A stretch of DNA of 63,728 nt, counting the filler. It is 4 parts of 4 records of this genome, joined end to end, with 100 filler letters (N's around TTAATTAATTAA, not from the genome) between each part and the next. Parts side by side here need not be neighbours in the genome. Positions count along the whole stretch, not along the records: positions 21,354 to 45,131 come from SRR20825010_6164; positions 45,232 to 58,649 come from SRR20825010_6165; 2 more parts are not named here. One strand, given 5' to 3'. The notes under the pieces were generated by a model. That model ran no database searches. It was not told the DNA's origin and worked only from the letters and a program-made list of their open reading frames with translations. Each line of letters starts with the position of its first letter. Position 1 is the stretch's first letter. This document shows, one piece after another, positions 39,999-51,868 of this stretch. The translations under genes and the position numbers were made by a program.

Positions 39999-41483
39999 CT
40001 ATTGCACCAGCATGTGCATAAATTCATGCACTGGCATGGAGGCTAGGGACTGGGGATTATTGCAGGCGCCGAGGATCCGTTCCACTTTGGCTGGTGGGAA
40101 GCAGGTCAGCTGGTTCTGGTGGAATTTACTCTTCAGCACCGGCATGCCCTCCTCTCTGCGGCGTCGATGACCAATGGGGTATTCCACCTCGGCAACCTCT
40201 GTTTTTGTGCCGTCGCTGAAAAAGACCTGTATCGCATTGGCAATGGATCGCTTTTCCGGGTCCAGGTAATCGCGGGTGTACTCTGCGCTTTCCACGACCT
40301 CCATTTTATTCCGCAGCGTGTCGATCATTGAATTCTTGGCGTGGAAGTTGTCTTCGTAGTGGTCGGCACTGAGGCCTCCCACGATCAAGGGCACGGCAAT
40401 CATGTACTGCAGGCAATGGTCCCTGTCCGCCGGGTTGGCGAGCGGTCCCTCTTTGGAAATGATGCGGATGGCAGATTCATGGGTGGTTACGACAATTTTG
40501 TCGATCTCATCCAGGCGATTTTTTACCTCCGGATGCAGCAGTACCGCAGCTTCGCACGCAGTTTGCGCGTGAAATTCGGCCGGGAAGCGAATCTTGAAAA
40601 GGATGTTTTCCATCACGTAAGAGCCATAGCTGCGCTGCAAGCTGAATTGACGTTTCTCTTCCGGCTTAATCACTTGGTCTTTGTTGGTCTTGCTGAACAA
40701 CACATCGTAGAAACCCCACTGGGGGGCGGTGAGCGCTCCTGGAATTCCCATTTCGCCACGCAGAGCGATATCGGCGAGGCGTACAGCCCGGCTGGTGGCA
40801 TCCCCCGCTGCCCAGGATTTTCGTGAGCCGGCATTGGGGGCATGGCGATAAGTACGCAGTGCCTGGCCATCAACCCAGGCATGGGAAACCGCAGACAGCA
40901 TTTGCTCCCGATTGCCACCCATGAGGTGTGAAACCACCGCGGTGGACGCAACCTTGACCAGCAACACATGATCCAGCCCAACGCGGTTGAAGGAGTTTTC
41001 CAGCGCCAGCACGCCCTGAATTTCGTGGGCCTTGATCATCGCTTCCAGAACAGCCTTCATGGTCAATGGCGGCTCACCGTTTGCCACCCGTTTTTGCGAG
41101 AGATAATCGGCTACCGCCAGAATGCCGCCGAGGCTATCCGATGGATGCCCCCACTCTGCAGCAAGCCAGGTATCGTTGTAATCCAGCCAGCGGATCATGC
41201 AGCCGATGTCCCAGGCCGCTTTTACGGGATCCAAACGATACGGGGTGCCGGGAACCCGAGCGCCATGAGGCACCATGGTGCCCTCCACTATTGGACCAAG
41301 GTGTTTGGTGCATTCAGGAAAACGCAGGGCAAGGAGCCCGCAACCGAGGGTGTCGAGCAAGCAATAGTGCGCGGTTTGCCAGGCCTCTTCCGATTCGATG
41401 CGGTAATCGCGAACGTAGTCGACAATGTCCTGAATGACTTGGTCGTAATCGGGTCGCAGATTCTGGTCGGCATTGCTGGCCAT
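39999..41483 (-). CDS. prpD: 2-methylcitrate dehydratase
   Basis: [48 protein letters not shown]. Confidence 0.96.
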   Translation of the reverse strand: MASNADQNLRPDYDQVIQDIVDYVRDYRIESEEAWQTAHYCLLDTLGCGLLALRFPECTKHLGPIVEGTMVPHGARVPGTPYRLDPVKAAWDIGCMIRWLDYNDTWLAAEWGHPSDSLGGILAVADYLSQKRVANGEPPLTMKAVLEAMIKAHEIQGVLALENSFNRVGLDHVLLVKVASTAVVSHLMGGNREQMLSAVSHAWVDGQALRTYRHAPNAGSRKSWAAGDATSRAVRLADIALRGEMGIPGALTAPQWGFYDVLFSKTNKDQVIKPEEKRQFSLQRSYGSYVMENILFKIRFPAEFHAQTACEAAVLLHPEVKNRLDEIDKIVVTTHESAIRIISKEGPLANPADRDHCLQYMIAVPLIVGGLSADHYEDNFHAKNSMIDTLRNKMEVVESAEYTRDYLDPEKRSIANAIQVFFSDGTKTEVAEVEYPIGHRRRREEGMPVLKSKFHQNQLTCFPPAKVERILGACNNPQSLASMPVHEFMHMLVQ

Positions 41484-41579
41484 GGTAGAAGCCTCCCTGG
41501 ATAGGTTGGCTTTCAGGGTCTCCCCCGGGATGGCAGAGGGTCAAGCATTGAAGGAGGTTAATTGAGCGGCTTTTACAGT

Positions 41580-41698
41580 TGTAGGCCGGGCTCACCCAAG
41601 CGTACTGAGAGGAAAGCCATAACCCAACAGTGGATTTGTCGGATTACGGCTTCAGGCTATACATGAAGTGGCGTTAGCTGTGATGAGGCACGCCTACA
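41580..41698. repeat. degenerate GTAG-type REP remnants in the prpF-prpD spacer
   Basis: TGTAGGC ... GCCTACA inverted ends; internal GGATTACGGC. Confidence 0.4.
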
Positions 41699-42877
41699 TC
41701 AGATGCTGTCCCCGGGAATGCGAACATTGCCTTCCATCAAAACACGGGCGCTACGGCTCATGCTGGCTTTGGTGGCCGTCCACTGTCCATCGACCTGTTT
41801 GGCGCCCGCGCCAACCCGCAGCGTACCCGACGGGTGACCGAAGGTAACGCTGTCGCGCTCGCCACCGCCGGCCGCCAGATTGACCAGGGTGCCCGGCACT
41901 GCCGAGGCACTGGCGATGGCAACGGCCGCGGTGCCCATCATGGCGTGGTGCAGCTTGCCCATGGACAGCGCTCGCACCAACAGGTCCACATCCTCTTCAC
42001 CAATTTGCTTGCCACTGGAGGCGGCGTAGCTCTTGGGCTTGGAGACGAAGGCAATCTTCGGGGTATGCTGTCGCGCTTCCGCTTCTTCGATGTTGTCGAT
42101 CAATCCCATGTGCTTGGCACCGTAGGCACGGATCGTTTCAAACCTCTGAAGCGCTTCCTTGTTTTCGTTGATATCACCCTGCAGCTCGGTACCGGTGTAA
42201 CCGATATCTTCTGCGTTGACGAAAACGGTAGGAATACCGGCATTGATCATGGTGGCCGGGAAAGAGCCGACGCCCGGGACTTCAAGCTCATCAACCACAT
42301 TGCCGGTGGGGAACATGGCGCCCTCCCCGTCTGCCGGGTCCATAAAGTCCACTTTTACCTCGGCGGCCGGAAAGGTTACGCCGTCCAGTTCAAAATCACC
42401 GGTTTCCTGGACTTCACCGTTGGTGATGGGAACGTGGGCAATGATGGTCTTCTGGATATTTACCTGCCAGATGCGCACAACGGCAATGCCGTTATCGGGG
42501 ATACGGTCAGCAGACACCAGGCCGTTATTGATGGCAAAGGCTCCGACGGCGGCGGTTAGGTTGCCACAGTTGCCACTCCAGTCCACGAAAGGCTTATCGA
42601 TGGAAACCTGCCCAAACAGATAATCCACATCGTGATCGGCCTTTTCGCTTTTTGCCAGGATCACTGACTTGCTGGTGCTGGACGTGGCGCCCCCCATGCC
42701 ATCAGTATGCTTGCCATAAGGATCCGGGCTACCAATCACCCGGAGCAGAATCTTGTCGCGGGCTTCGCCGGGAACCTGTGCCGCTTCAGGCAGATCCGTC
42801 AGGCTGAAGAAAACGCCTTTGCTGGTCCCGCCGCGCATGTAGGTGGCGGGAATTTTAATTTGTGGTGCGTGAGCCAT
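41699..42877 (-). CDS. prpF: 2-methylaconitate cis-trans isomerase
   Basis: YMRGGTSKGVFF, GGATSSTSK, SGNCGN, HHAMMGT, GHPSG. Confidence 0.96.
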   Translation of the reverse strand: MAHAPQIKIPATYMRGGTSKGVFFSLTDLPEAAQVPGEARDKILLRVIGSPDPYGKHTDGMGGATSSTSKSVILAKSEKADHDVDYLFGQVSIDKPFVDWSGNCGNLTAAVGAFAINNGLVSADRIPDNGIAVVRIWQVNIQKTIIAHVPITNGEVQETGDFELDGVTFPAAEVKVDFMDPADGEGAMFPTGNVVDELEVPGVGSFPATMINAGIPTVFVNAEDIGYTGTELQGDINENKEALQRFETIRAYGAKHMGLIDNIEEAEARQHTPKIAFVSKPKSYAASSGKQIGEEDVDLLVRALSMGKLHHAMMGTAAVAIASASAVPGTLVNLAAGGGERDSVTFGHPSGTLRVGAGAKQVDGQWTATKASMSRSARVLMEGNVRIPGDSI

Positions 42878-42891
42878 GGTATTGCTCCCTT

Positions 42892-42924
42892 TAAAAAACC
42901 CCGGCGGGACTGCCCGGCGGGGTT
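42892..42924 (-). terminator. hairpin plus T-run between acnD and prpF
   Basis: Minus strand AACCCCGCCGGG-CAGT-CCCGCCGGGGTTTTTT. Confidence 0.55.
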
Positions 42925-42944
42925 GGATGTTCGCGTGCTAGCAC

Positions 42945-43035
42945 ACTCCTACAGAAAGTTTGGCTGTTGGAGCTCTCTGTGTCCTTTGGGTATGCCTGCA
43001 AGCGAAAAGATCGCCTACAGGCAGGTTTCCACAGG
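42945..43035. repeat. degenerate REP remnants
   Basis: CTCCTACA; TGTTGGAGC...GCCTGCAAGCGAA..ATCGCCTACAGGCAGGTTTCCACA; GCCTGCAAGC also occurs at 33181-33190. Confidence 0.45.
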
Positions 43036-43045
43036 GACTTCGGCC

Positions 43046-45131
43046 TTAACCCGCTTCCGCCATGAACTCGTTGGCGAATTTTTGCAGGATGCCGCCAGCG
43101 GAATACACGGACACTTCTTCCGCCGTATCCAGGCGACACAGCACCGGGATGCGCTCTACGTCACCGTTGGCACGGTGCATTATCAGTGTCAGCTCAGCTC
43201 GCGGCGCTGGAGTGCCTTCCACATCAAACGTTTCCGTACCGTCGATGTTCAAGGTGTTGCGCGTTGTGCCTTCCTCGAACTGCAAAGGCATCACGCCCAT
43301 GCCGATCAGGTTGGTGCGGTGGATCCGTTCGAAACCTTCAGCCACGATGGTTTCCACCCCGGCCAACGCTACGCCTTTCGCCGCCCAGTCACGGGACGAG
43401 CCCTGACCATAATCCGCGCCGGCGATGATGATCAGCGGCTGCTTGCGCTCCATATAGGTTTCGATAGCTTCCCACATACGTTTCACTTCACCTTCCGGCT
43501 CGACCCGGGCCAGAGACCCCTGAATCACATTGCCATCTTCATCCTTGACCATTTCGTTGAACAGTTTCGGATTGGCCAGCGTGGCACGCTGGGCAGTCAG
43601 GTGATCGCCACGGTGAGTTGCATAGGAATTGAAGTCCTCTTCCGGCAAGCCCATTTTGTCCAGGTACGCCCCTGCCGCACTGTCCAGCAGGATCGCGTTG
43701 GACGGCGACAAGTGGTCCGTGGTGATGTTGTCCGGCAGCACAGCCAGTGGACGCATGCCTTTCAGCGCGCGGGCTTCTGCCATGGTGCCTTCCCAATAAG
43801 GGGGCCGACGAATATAAGTGGACTGTGGACGCCAATCGTACAACGGGCTCGCTGCACGCACGCCATCGCCCTTCTTCTCGAACATGGGGATGTAGGTCTT
43901 GCGGAACTGTTCCGGCTTCACCGCCGACTTCACGATCGCATCGATCTCTTCATCAGACGGCCAGATATCCTTGAGCATGATCGGGTTGCCGTCCTGATCG
44001 TGGCCCAACACATCCTTTTCGATGTCGAAGCGAATGGTGCCAGCGATAGCGTAAGCCACCACCAATGGCGGCGATGCAAGGAACGCCTGTTTGGCGTAAG
44101 GGTGAATACGGCCGTCGAAGTTACGGTTGCCAGACAACACCGCAGTGGAATACAGGTCACGCTCGATAACTTCTTTCTGGATTTCAGGATCCAGTGCACC
44201 AGACATACCATTACAAGTGGTACAGGCAAAGGCCACCACATCAAAGCCTTGCTGTTGCAGTTCTGGCAGCAACCCGGATTCTTCCAGGTACATTTTTACC
44301 GTCTTGGAACCGGGAGCCAGAGAGCTTTTCACCCAGGGCTTGCGCACCAGGCCGAGCCTGTTGGCGTTTCGAGCCAACAAACCCGCCCCAATGATGTTGC
44401 GCGGGTTCGAGGTGTTGGTACAGCTAGTGATAGCAGCGATGATGACTGCCCCATCCGGCATCAGGCCCTCTTCCTGCTTCCATTCCTTGGCAATGCCACG
44501 GCTGCCCAGCTCGGAGACCGGCAGCAAAGAGTGAGGATTGGAAGGACCGGCGAGGTTACGACCAACGGATGACAGATCGAACGACAGCACGCGTTCGTAT
44601 TCCACTTCTCTCAAACTGTCAGCCCACAGGCCGGTTTCCCTGGCAAATTTTTCCACCAGTGCAACCTGATCATCTTCACGGCCAGTAAGACGCAGGTACT
44701 CAATGGTCTGATCATCGATAAAGAACATGCCAGCGGTAGCACCGTACTCCGGTGTCATGTTGGCAATGGTGGCGCGATCCCCTACGGACAGGCTGTCGGC
44801 ACCTTCGCCGAAGAATTCCAGGTAGGCACCAACAACACGTTCTTTACGGAGAAATTCGGTCAATGCCAGCACCAGGTCGGTACCGGTGATGCCCGGATGC
44901 AGCTTGCCTGTCATCTCTACGCCGACGATATCTGGCAAACGCATCATGGACGGGTTACCGAGCATGACATTTTCGGCTTCCAGACCACCCACGCCTACAG
45001 AGATGACGCCAAGCGCATCCACCATGGGGGTGTGGCTGTCAGTGCCCACACAGGTATCCGGGAAGGCCACACCATCGCGCACCTGTACCACAGGAGACAT
45101 CTTTTCCAGATTGATCTGGTGCATGATGCCG
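43046..45131 (-). CDS. acnD: Fe/S-dependent 2-methylisocitrate dehydratase (5' truncated)
   Basis: VGTDSHT, AAITSCTNTSNP, CTTCNGMSG, DNITTDHLSP, GQGSSRDWAAKG; adjacent to prpF. Confidence 0.95.
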
Positions 45132-45231
45132 NNNNNNNNNNNNNNNNNNNNNNNNNNNNNNNNNNNNNNNNNNNNTTAATTAATTAANNNNNNNNNNNNN
45201 NNNNNNNNNNNNNNNNNNNNNNNNNNNNNNN
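45132..45231. other. artificial contig linker
   Basis: N44-TTAATTAATTAA-N44. Confidence 0.98.
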
Positions 45232-45761
45232 TCAGTATATACTTCTTCGTTATCAGGTGCCTGATAGGTGTCCAATAATTTGAATGAAAACTCGCCACCA
45301 TCAGTGACGGTGGTAAGGTTTTTCGTCCAAACCAAAAGCCGCCGTGCCATAAAAATATTCAAGCCCAGTAAAAAGTTTTGGTATTGCGGTTTCTCCATCG
45401 TCTTCACCACCTCGTTGTTAATGTCCAGTAGGGAACTCAATTCATCGGAAGTCAGGTCCGCCTGTGAAACAGAAAAAGCGAGATAACTAAAGAAATACCA
45501 AAAATCAGGTTTGATGTTGTAGCCCTTTCGCTGCATCTGGAGGGCAATGGAGTGAATCTTGTCCTGCTGGGCTGTGGTGAAACTCCCATTCCAGGCGTTT
45601 TGAAAATCGAAAGCCACTTTGTTTGCAGCTTCCGTCTGAAGCGATTTTATGCTGTTCACCGCCTGATTGAAAAAAACAGCCTTGTCCTCAGAAAATGAAT
45701 TCTGCCCGTGCATGGTGAAAGAAATCACCGACAAACACAAAATCAAAACAAACCTATTCAT
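45232..45761 (-). CDS. hypothetical secreted protein, N-terminal part (truncated at contig end)
   Basis: Signal peptide ending before Q (Bacteroidota pattern); open frame up to the gap. Confidence 0.65.
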
Positions 45762-45785
45762 CCCTTTAAAGTTAGGTAAACGCCG

Positions 45786-46604
45786 TTAAAGTTTCTTCAG
45801 AACGACCATCGCCCAATTGTTGTGCTCCGATTGGTCGTCATGGCTCAAGCCATGCTTTTTACCTTCAGCCACCAAATCAGGAATATCCCAGGCATAAAAT
45901 CCACTCAGAATCAAGGTTGAGCCTGAAACCATTCGTTCGGCATAATCCACTATTTGATCCAAAAGCACGTTTTTATTGATGTTGGCTAGTATAATGTCAA
46001 ATTTTTCAGAAGCCGGTATCTGATCAATACCACCTGCTTTGAGCAAGATGTTCTCACAGTCGTTCAACGTGAAATTCTCCGAACTATTTTCTACACACCA
46101 ATCGTCAATGTCCACTGCGGCAATTTCGGTAGCTCCTCTTTTGTGCGCCATGATGGCAAGTGCTCCTGTTCCGCACCCAACATCCAATACCTTTTTGCCT
46201 TGGTGATCCAGCCCGATCTGATACTTTAATACCTGATAGGTGGTGGCATGATGTCCTGTACCAAAGGACATTTTTGGTGTAATAATGATTTCATAAGGAA
46301 TGTCAGGTCGCGGCTCGTGAAAAGTAGCGCGAACGATACATTCATCTCCTACGATGACAGGATCGTAGTTTTTTTCCCATTCTTCATTCCAGTTTACCTT
46401 TTCGATTTCCTCGAATGTGTAGGTCAAGCCGTAGCGATCTGTAATCTCTTTAACCTCCTCTTCATTCCAAACATCCAACTCACAAGACGCTAAAACTCCA
46501 GTTTCATTTTCTTCGAATGCGTCAAAAGCTAAAAGAGAGAGCTCTGCAATAACCAGATCTCTCTCTTCATCGTTGCAGGCAACCTGCAGTCCTATAAAAT
46601 TCAT
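45786..46604 (-). CDS. prmA: ribosomal protein L11 methyltransferase
   Basis: NWNEEWE, PKMSFGTGHHATT, LDVGCGTG, ANIN, LSGF. Confidence 0.95.
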   Translation of the reverse strand: MNFIGLQVACNDEERDLVIAELSLLAFDAFEENETGVLASCELDVWNEEEVKEITDRYGLTYTFEEIEKVNWNEEWEKNYDPVIVGDECIVRATFHEPRPDIPYEIIITPKMSFGTGHHATTYQVLKYQIGLDHQGKKVLDVGCGTGALAIMAHKRGATEIAAVDIDDWCVENSSENFTLNDCENILLKAGGIDQIPASEKFDIILANINKNVLLDQIVDYAERMVSGSTLILSGFYAWDIPDLVAEGKKHGLSHDDQSEHNNWAMVVLKKL

Positions 46605-47365
46605 TAAAATGATTTTGCGATCGTAGTAAAATCCCGTGATTTCAAACTTGCACCTCCTACAAGGCCTCCGTCTACATCCGGTTTTGCGAAAATTTCAGCC
46701 GCATTGTCCGGCTTCACACTTCCTCCATAAAGAATGGAAATACTATCAGCAGTAGCCTGATCGTATTTTGCAGCAATTACGCCACGAATAAATGCGTGCA
46801 TTTCCTGCGCCTGATCGGAAGAAGCTGTAACGCCAGTACCAATGGCCCAAACAGGTTCATAGGCCACAACAACTTTCGAGATTTCTTCTTTTGTCAAACC
46901 AAAAAGGCCTTCTTCGATTTGTTTTTTGTTCAACTGCATATGTTGATCTGCTTCACGTACTTCCAGCTTCTCACCACAGCAATAGATTGGAATCAAACCA
47001 GCTTCAAGGACTTTTTTGGTTTTCAATGCCAACAGCGCATTGTCCTCACCAAAATATTCTCTTCTTTCGCTGTGACCGATCACCACGTATTCCACGCCTA
47101 CAGACTTCAACATGTCTAACGAGATTTCACCTGTATATGCTCCGCTCGCTTCTGCATGACAATTTTGTGCACCTAAGTGTACCTTTTTAGATCCGCCGAT
47201 CAAGGCTTTTACAGTGGTTAGATGCGTGAATGGGGGGATCAGGATGACGTCAACATCTTTTGTCACTTCATCCGCTACCATATTTACTACCTCGGAGGCC
47301 AGGAGTTTTCCGCCATCCAGATCGAGGTTCATTTTCCAGTTTCCTGCTGCAATTTTTCTTCTCAT
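46604..47365 (-). CDS. tpiA: triosephosphate isomerase
   Basis: AGNWKMN, GHSERR, AYEPVWAIGTG, YGGSV, LVGGASL. Confidence 0.98.
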   Translation of the reverse strand: MRRKIAAGNWKMNLDLDGGKLLASEVVNMVADEVTKDVDVILIPPFTHLTTVKALIGGSKKVHLGAQNCHAEASGAYTGEISLDMLKSVGVEYVVIGHSERREYFGEDNALLALKTKKVLEAGLIPIYCCGEKLEVREADQHMQLNKKQIEEGLFGLTKEEISKVVVAYEPVWAIGTGVTASSDQAQEMHAFIRGVIAAKYDQATADSISILYGGSVKPDNAAEIFAKPDVDGGLVGGASLKSRDFTTIAKSF

Positions 47366-47404
47366 GATTCTATTTCGTCTTGTATTGAGTATTTGATTGG
47401 TGAT

Positions 47405-50194
47405 TTAAAACTTCTCTTTCAAATAACTAGCCGTGTAATTATCGGCTAATTTAATCATATCTTCCGGCACTCCCGTGAAGCACACATTGCCTCCCCGGTC
47501 TCCGCCTTCAGGGCCCATGTCTATAATCCAATCGGCATTTTTCACAATTTCCATGTTGTGCTCAATGATCACTACCGAACTACCATTTTGGATCAGCGCA
47601 TTGATCGCATCCAATAGTTTTTTGATATCATGAAAATGAAGTCCCGTTGTGGGTTCATCAAAGATGAAAAGCACGTGATCCGTTTTATGATTTGTACCCT
47701 TTCCTAAGAAAGAAGCCAACTTCACACGCTGAGCCTCACCTCCACTTAAGGAGCTGGAAGATTGTCCAAGTTTCACATAACCAAGTCCCACATCAAAAAG
47801 AGGCTTTATTTTATTTACAATTCCTGACTTGTCGGCAAAGAAATCAATAGCCTCCTCCACGGTGAGATCAAGTACTTCGGAAATATCCAAATCTTTGTAT
47901 TTAACCTCCAGAATCTCCTTTTTGAAACGCTTGCCCCGGCAATTTTCGCATTCCAGATGCAAATCAGCCATAAACTGCATTTCCACTGTCACAGTGCCTT
48001 CTCCTTCACAAACGTCGCATCGTCCACCATCTACATTGAAAGAAAAGTGAGCGGGCTTGTATCCGTTCTTTTTTGATGTGGTCTGCTCAGAAAAAAGTTG
48101 TCGGATGCCATCGTAGGCCTTTACATAGGTTACAGGATTGGAGCGTGAGCTTTTCCCGATTGGGTTCTGGTCCACAAATTCAATTTGTGTAACTTTCTTA
48201 AAATCTCCATCGATGCTTTCATGTTTTCCGGTTAATTCACCGGTTACGCCGAGCATCTTTCCAATCACCGGATAGAGGATTCTTTTGACCAGGGTAGACT
48301 TACCCGAGCCACTTACTCCGGTAATGACCGTAAGCACGCCAAGCGGTATTTCTACCTGAATGTTTTTGAGGTTGTTCTCCCTTGCTCCTTTGATCGTTAC
48401 CGACTGATTCCATTTTCTTCGTCGGCCAGGAGTGGAAATGGATTCAATTCCTTTTAGGTACTTTGCTGTATATGATTTGCTATCGCCATTCAGTTCGGCC
48501 ACAGTTCCCTGAAACACCAACTCTCCGCCATTCACACCGGCATCCGGGCCAATGTCTATGATCTGATCGGCGGCTTCCATTACTTTTTCTTCGTGTTCCA
48601 CTACGATGACCGTGTTTCCGAGATCGCGTAGGGTCAATAATACTTCAATCAATTTGTCCGTGTCGCGCGGATGCAGACCAATGCTCGGTTCATCGAGTAT
48701 ATACATGGACCCAACCAAAGCGCTTCCCAGAGAAGTAGCCAGCTTAATCCGCTGAAACTCACCACCGGAAAGGGTATTTGTAAGCCGATTCAGAGTCAAA
48801 TAACCCAATCCCACTTTTTCCAAATAGGAAAGTCGGTTTTTGATTTCTTCTAAAATCCGCTTCGCAATCGCTTGTTGGTGTTTGGTGAGTTCCAGTTTGT
48901 CAAAAAACACAACCAGCTCCTCCACTGGCATCAGAACCAAATCCTGAATGGAATGATTGACGATTTTTACATAACTGGCATCTTTACGTAAGCGTGTTCC
49001 TCTGCAATCCGGACAAGATGTTTTGCCTCGATAGCGCGAAAGCATCACTCTGTATTGAATCTTATGCGTTTGGGTTTCCAAATATTGAAAAAAGGCATTG
49101 AGGCCTTCAAAATATTCGTTACCCGTCCAAAGCAATTCTTTTTCTTCCTTCGTTAATTCGGAAATCGGCCGGTGAATAGGAAAATCAAAACGAATGCCGT
49201 TTTTAAGCAAAGGTTGTACCCAGGTTTGCATAATCTCGCCACGCCATGGAGCTACAGCACCTTCATAAATAGAAAGGCTTGGGTCGGGAATAACCAAATC
49301 AGGGTCAATCCCTAAAATTCGACCAAAACCATCACATCGTCTGCACGCACCGTACGGGTTGTTGAAACTGAAAAAGTTGGCCGAAGGCTCTTCAAAGCGG
49401 ATTCCATCCAATTCAAAAAGATCTGAAAACTCGCATTCTTCTTTTCCGACAATTGAGACTTTGCAATGTCCCTCGCCTTCGAAAAAAGCAGTTTGAACCG
49501 AATCTGCAATCCTGAATTGATTGTCTTCGTCATTTTTGACCACCGCACGGTCGATCAAAATTTCCAGAATGTCCTTCTTCGCCAATTTTGTTTTGAGGAC
49601 CTCTTCAATGAATTGCGTTTCTCTATTCACCAAAATCCGCGTGTACCCTTTACTCAAAAGAACCTTCAGCTCATTTTCGACCGTTCGTGAATCTTTGATT
49701 TTCAGTGGTGTAGAGATTATTACTTTTTCTCCTTCTTCATGACCCAAAATGAAATTGACCACATCCGTTACCGAGTCTTTTTTCACTGGTTCACCCGAAA
49801 CCGGAGAAATTGTTACCCCAATTCGGGCAAATAATAGTTTTAAGTAATCATAAATTTCTGTAGTGGTTCCTACGGTAGAGCGAGGATTTCTTGAAGATAC
49901 CTTTTGCTCAATGGCTATCGCCGGAGAAACACCTTTAATATAATCCACTTCGGGCTTCTCCATTCTACCCAAAAACTGACGTGCATAAGAGCTCAGGCTC
50001 TCCACATATTTCCTTTGTCCCTCAGCGAAAAGCGTATCAAAAGCCAGCGAGGACTTACCAGAGCCCGATAAACCGGTGATAACCACCAGCTTGTCGCGTG
50101 GGATGGCCACATCCAGATTTTTCAGGTTATTCACCCGTGCACCTTTTATAATTATATGATCTTTAGGATCGTACTCCTCTATTGATTTTGTCAT
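47405..50194 (-). CDS. uvrA: excinuclease ABC subunit A
   Basis: Two Walker A motifs ([16 protein letters not shown]), zinc fingers, two LSGGE motifs. Confidence 0.97.
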   Translation of the reverse strand: MTKSIEEYDPKDHIIIKGARVNNLKNLDVAIPRDKLVVITGLSGSGKSSLAFDTLFAEGQRKYVESLSSYARQFLGRMEKPEVDYIKGVSPAIAIEQKVSSRNPRSTVGTTTEIYDYLKLLFARIGVTISPVSGEPVKKDSVTDVVNFILGHEEGEKVIISTPLKIKDSRTVENELKVLLSKGYTRILVNRETQFIEEVLKTKLAKKDILEILIDRAVVKNDEDNQFRIADSVQTAFFEGEGHCKVSIVGKEECEFSDLFELDGIRFEEPSANFFSFNNPYGACRRCDGFGRILGIDPDLVIPDPSLSIYEGAVAPWRGEIMQTWVQPLLKNGIRFDFPIHRPISELTKEEKELLWTGNEYFEGLNAFFQYLETQTHKIQYRVMLSRYRGKTSCPDCRGTRLRKDASYVKIVNHSIQDLVLMPVEELVVFFDKLELTKHQQAIAKRILEEIKNRLSYLEKVGLGYLTLNRLTNTLSGGEFQRIKLATSLGSALVGSMYILDEPSIGLHPRDTDKLIEVLLTLRDLGNTVIVVEHEEKVMEAADQIIDIGPDAGVNGGELVFQGTVAELNGDSKSYTAKYLKGIESISTPGRRRKWNQSVTIKGARENNLKNIQVEIPLGVLTVITGVSGSGKSTLVKRILYPVIGKMLGVTGELTGKHESIDGDFKKVTQIEFVDQNPIGKSSRSNPVTYVKAYDGIRQLFSEQTTSKKNGYKPAHFSFNVDGGRCDVCEGEGTVTVEMQFMADLHLECENCRGKRFKKEILEVKYKDLDISEVLDLTVEEAIDFFADKSGIVNKIKPLFDVGLGYVKLGQSSSSLSGGEAQRVKLASFLGKGTNHKTDHVLFIFDEPTTGLHFHDIKKLLDAINALIQNGSSVVIIEHNMEIVKNADWIIDMGPEGGDRGGNVCFTGVPEDMIKLADNYTASYLKEKF

Positions 50195-50252
50195 TTAAGC
50201 TTGGAATTTAATCTAATAACCACGTAGGTGACAGAAGGATTTGAATTGTTTG

Positions 50253-50260
50253 CAAAAGTA
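50253..50260 (-). promoter_or_regulatory. Bacteroidota -7 promoter element for uvrA
   Basis: Minus strand TACTTTTG matches TAnnTTTG. Confidence 0.5.
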
Positions 50261-50277
50261 GAAATTACATCTGAAGA

Positions 50278-50309
50278 TTTGTTTGTGAATAAAGATTCTG
50301 ATACATTTG
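50278..50309 (+). promoter_or_regulatory. Bacteroidota -33/-7 promoter for the ECF sigma gene
   Basis: TTTG (50278-50281), 20 nt spacer, TACATTTG (50302-50309). Confidence 0.55.
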
Positions 50310-50381
50310 ATTTTTTCCAACTAAAAAAACCAACCCTTACAATATGATCTGAAACTCTACGTTAACTAATAGGTGACTTAC

Positions 50382-50981
50382 ATGAGTAACGTAAAGAAGA
50401 CAGATGGACAATTGGTGTCCCTCTACAAAAATGGAAACGAAGAGGCTTTCGCAGAACTTCTCGAAAGACATAAGGACAGGGTATATACAACCATTTTTTT
50501 GATAGTTAAAGACAGGTATCTTGCTGAAGATTTGATGCAAGACGTTTTTATCAAGGTCATTAAAACAATCAAGTCCGGTCGGTACAACGAAGAAGGCAAA
50601 TTTTTGCCCTGGATATTACGCATCGCCCACAATCTTGGGATAGATCAATTCAGAAAAGAGAAAAGATATCCGACCATCATCATGGAAGATGGAAGCAGCG
50701 TATTCAACACGCTGGAATTTTCCCAGGCACCCATAGAAGAAGAACACATCAAGCAGGACACTCATAACCTGCTAAAGCAATTCATACAGGAACTCCCTGA
50801 CAATCAAAAGGAAGTCCTGGTGATGCGACACTACATGCAAATGAGCTTTCAGGAAATAGCTGAAGCCACTAACGTGAGTATCAATACCGCTTTAGGCAGA
50901 ATGAGGTATGCTTTAATTAACTTACGTAAAAAGCTAAAACCGCAAGAAAATGCCTATGACAAGAACTTTTACCGAAAATGA
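50382..50981 (+). CDS. ECF RNA polymerase sigma factor
   Basis: AEDL.QDVFIK, F.PW..RIAHN...D..RK, region 4 SFQEIAE..NVSINTALGRMRYA. Confidence 0.92.
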   Translation: MSNVKKTDGQLVSLYKNGNEEAFAELLERHKDRVYTTIFLIVKDRYLAEDLMQDVFIKVIKTIKSGRYNEEGKFLPWILRIAHNLGIDQFRKEKRYPTIIMEDGSSVFNTLEFSQAPIEEEHIKQDTHNLLKQFIQELPDNQKEVLVMRHYMQMSFQEIAEATNVSINTALGRMRYALINLRKKLKPQENAYDKNFYRK

Positions 50982-51189
50982 CTTAGTGAAATTCCTTTAT
51001 GGAGAACTAAACCGACAAGAAACAGCAGCGCTGAATGAAGCGCTTATCACGAGCCCAACGCTTCAGGAAGAACTAAACAATCTGAAAGAAGTAGTGAGCG
51101 ATTTGAACGGGGTGACCTACAAGCCATCCGAGCGTTCGGTGAACAAAATCCTTAACTTTTCAAAGGGATTTGCTGTGCAGTCCGCCTAA
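50956..51189 (+). CDS. small protein coupled to the ECF sigma gene (anti-sigma N-domain-like)
   Basis: Overlaps the sigma 3' end; ENDLVKFLYGEL resembles anti-sigma N-termini. Confidence 0.65.
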   Translation: MTRTFTENDLVKFLYGELNRQETAALNEALITSPTLQEELNNLKEVVSDLNGVTYKPSERSVNKILNFSKGFAVQSA

Positions 51190-51222
51190 TTTTGGTGCCG
51201 TCCGAAACGACCCACCAAAAGC

Positions 51223-51864
51223 ATGACTAAAAAAGAACGATTTCAATCGTTTGTTGATTATTTCAAGGAAGCATTTCCTGAGCCAAAAACTGAGCTTAAC
51301 TACAACACTCCTTTTGAGTTAGTTGTGGCAGTGGTGCTTAGTGCGCAATGCACGGATGTGCGGATCAATAAGGTGACGCCTGAATTATTCCGACAATTCC
51401 CAACAGCTGAGCACATGGCTGTCGGGACTTTCGACGAAATTTTTGAGTTGATACGCAGCGTTTCCTATCCAAATAACAAATCCAAACACCTGATTGGTCT
51501 GGCCAAAATGATCATGGAGGATTTTGGTGGGGAAGTGCCTGCCAAGCACGAAGATTTACAAAAGCTACCTGGTGTTGGCAGAAAAACGGCCAATGTGGTT
51601 GTTTCGGTTCTTTACAATCAGCCAGCTATGGCTGTTGACACACACGTATTTCGTGTTTCCAAGCGATTGGGACTGGCTACTCAAACCGCCAAAACCCCGT
51701 TGGAAGTAGAAAAGCAATTAGTCAAACACATTCCCGACGAATACATTCACAAAGCACATCACTGGTTGATTCTTCATGGCAGGTATGTGTGCATGGCCAG
51801 AAAGCCCAAATGCGAAAGCTGCAAAATCACGCACTTTTGTAAGTATTGGGAGAAGTTGGGTTAG
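51223..51864 (+). CDS. nth: endonuclease III
   Basis: LSAQCTD, LPGVGRKTA, VDTHV, C.ARKPKC..C....FC. Confidence 0.97.
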   Translation: MTKKERFQSFVDYFKEAFPEPKTELNYNTPFELVVAVVLSAQCTDVRINKVTPELFRQFPTAEHMAVGTFDEIFELIRSVSYPNNKSKHLIGLAKMIMEDFGGEVPAKHEDLQKLPGVGRKTANVVVSVLYNQPAMAVDTHVFRVSKRLGLATQTAKTPLEVEKQLVKHIPDEYIHKAHHWLILHGRYVCMARKPKCESCKITHFCKYWEKLG

Positions 51865-51868
51865 AATT

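Noticed and set aside
42707-44572. 621-aa + strand ORF, and similar long ORFs at 9883-11265, 17794-18873, 19210-20490, 31043-32185, 5793-6674 and 25466-26347
   Set aside because: Antisense shadows of well-supported genes, expected from GC-biased codon usage; no recognisable motifs
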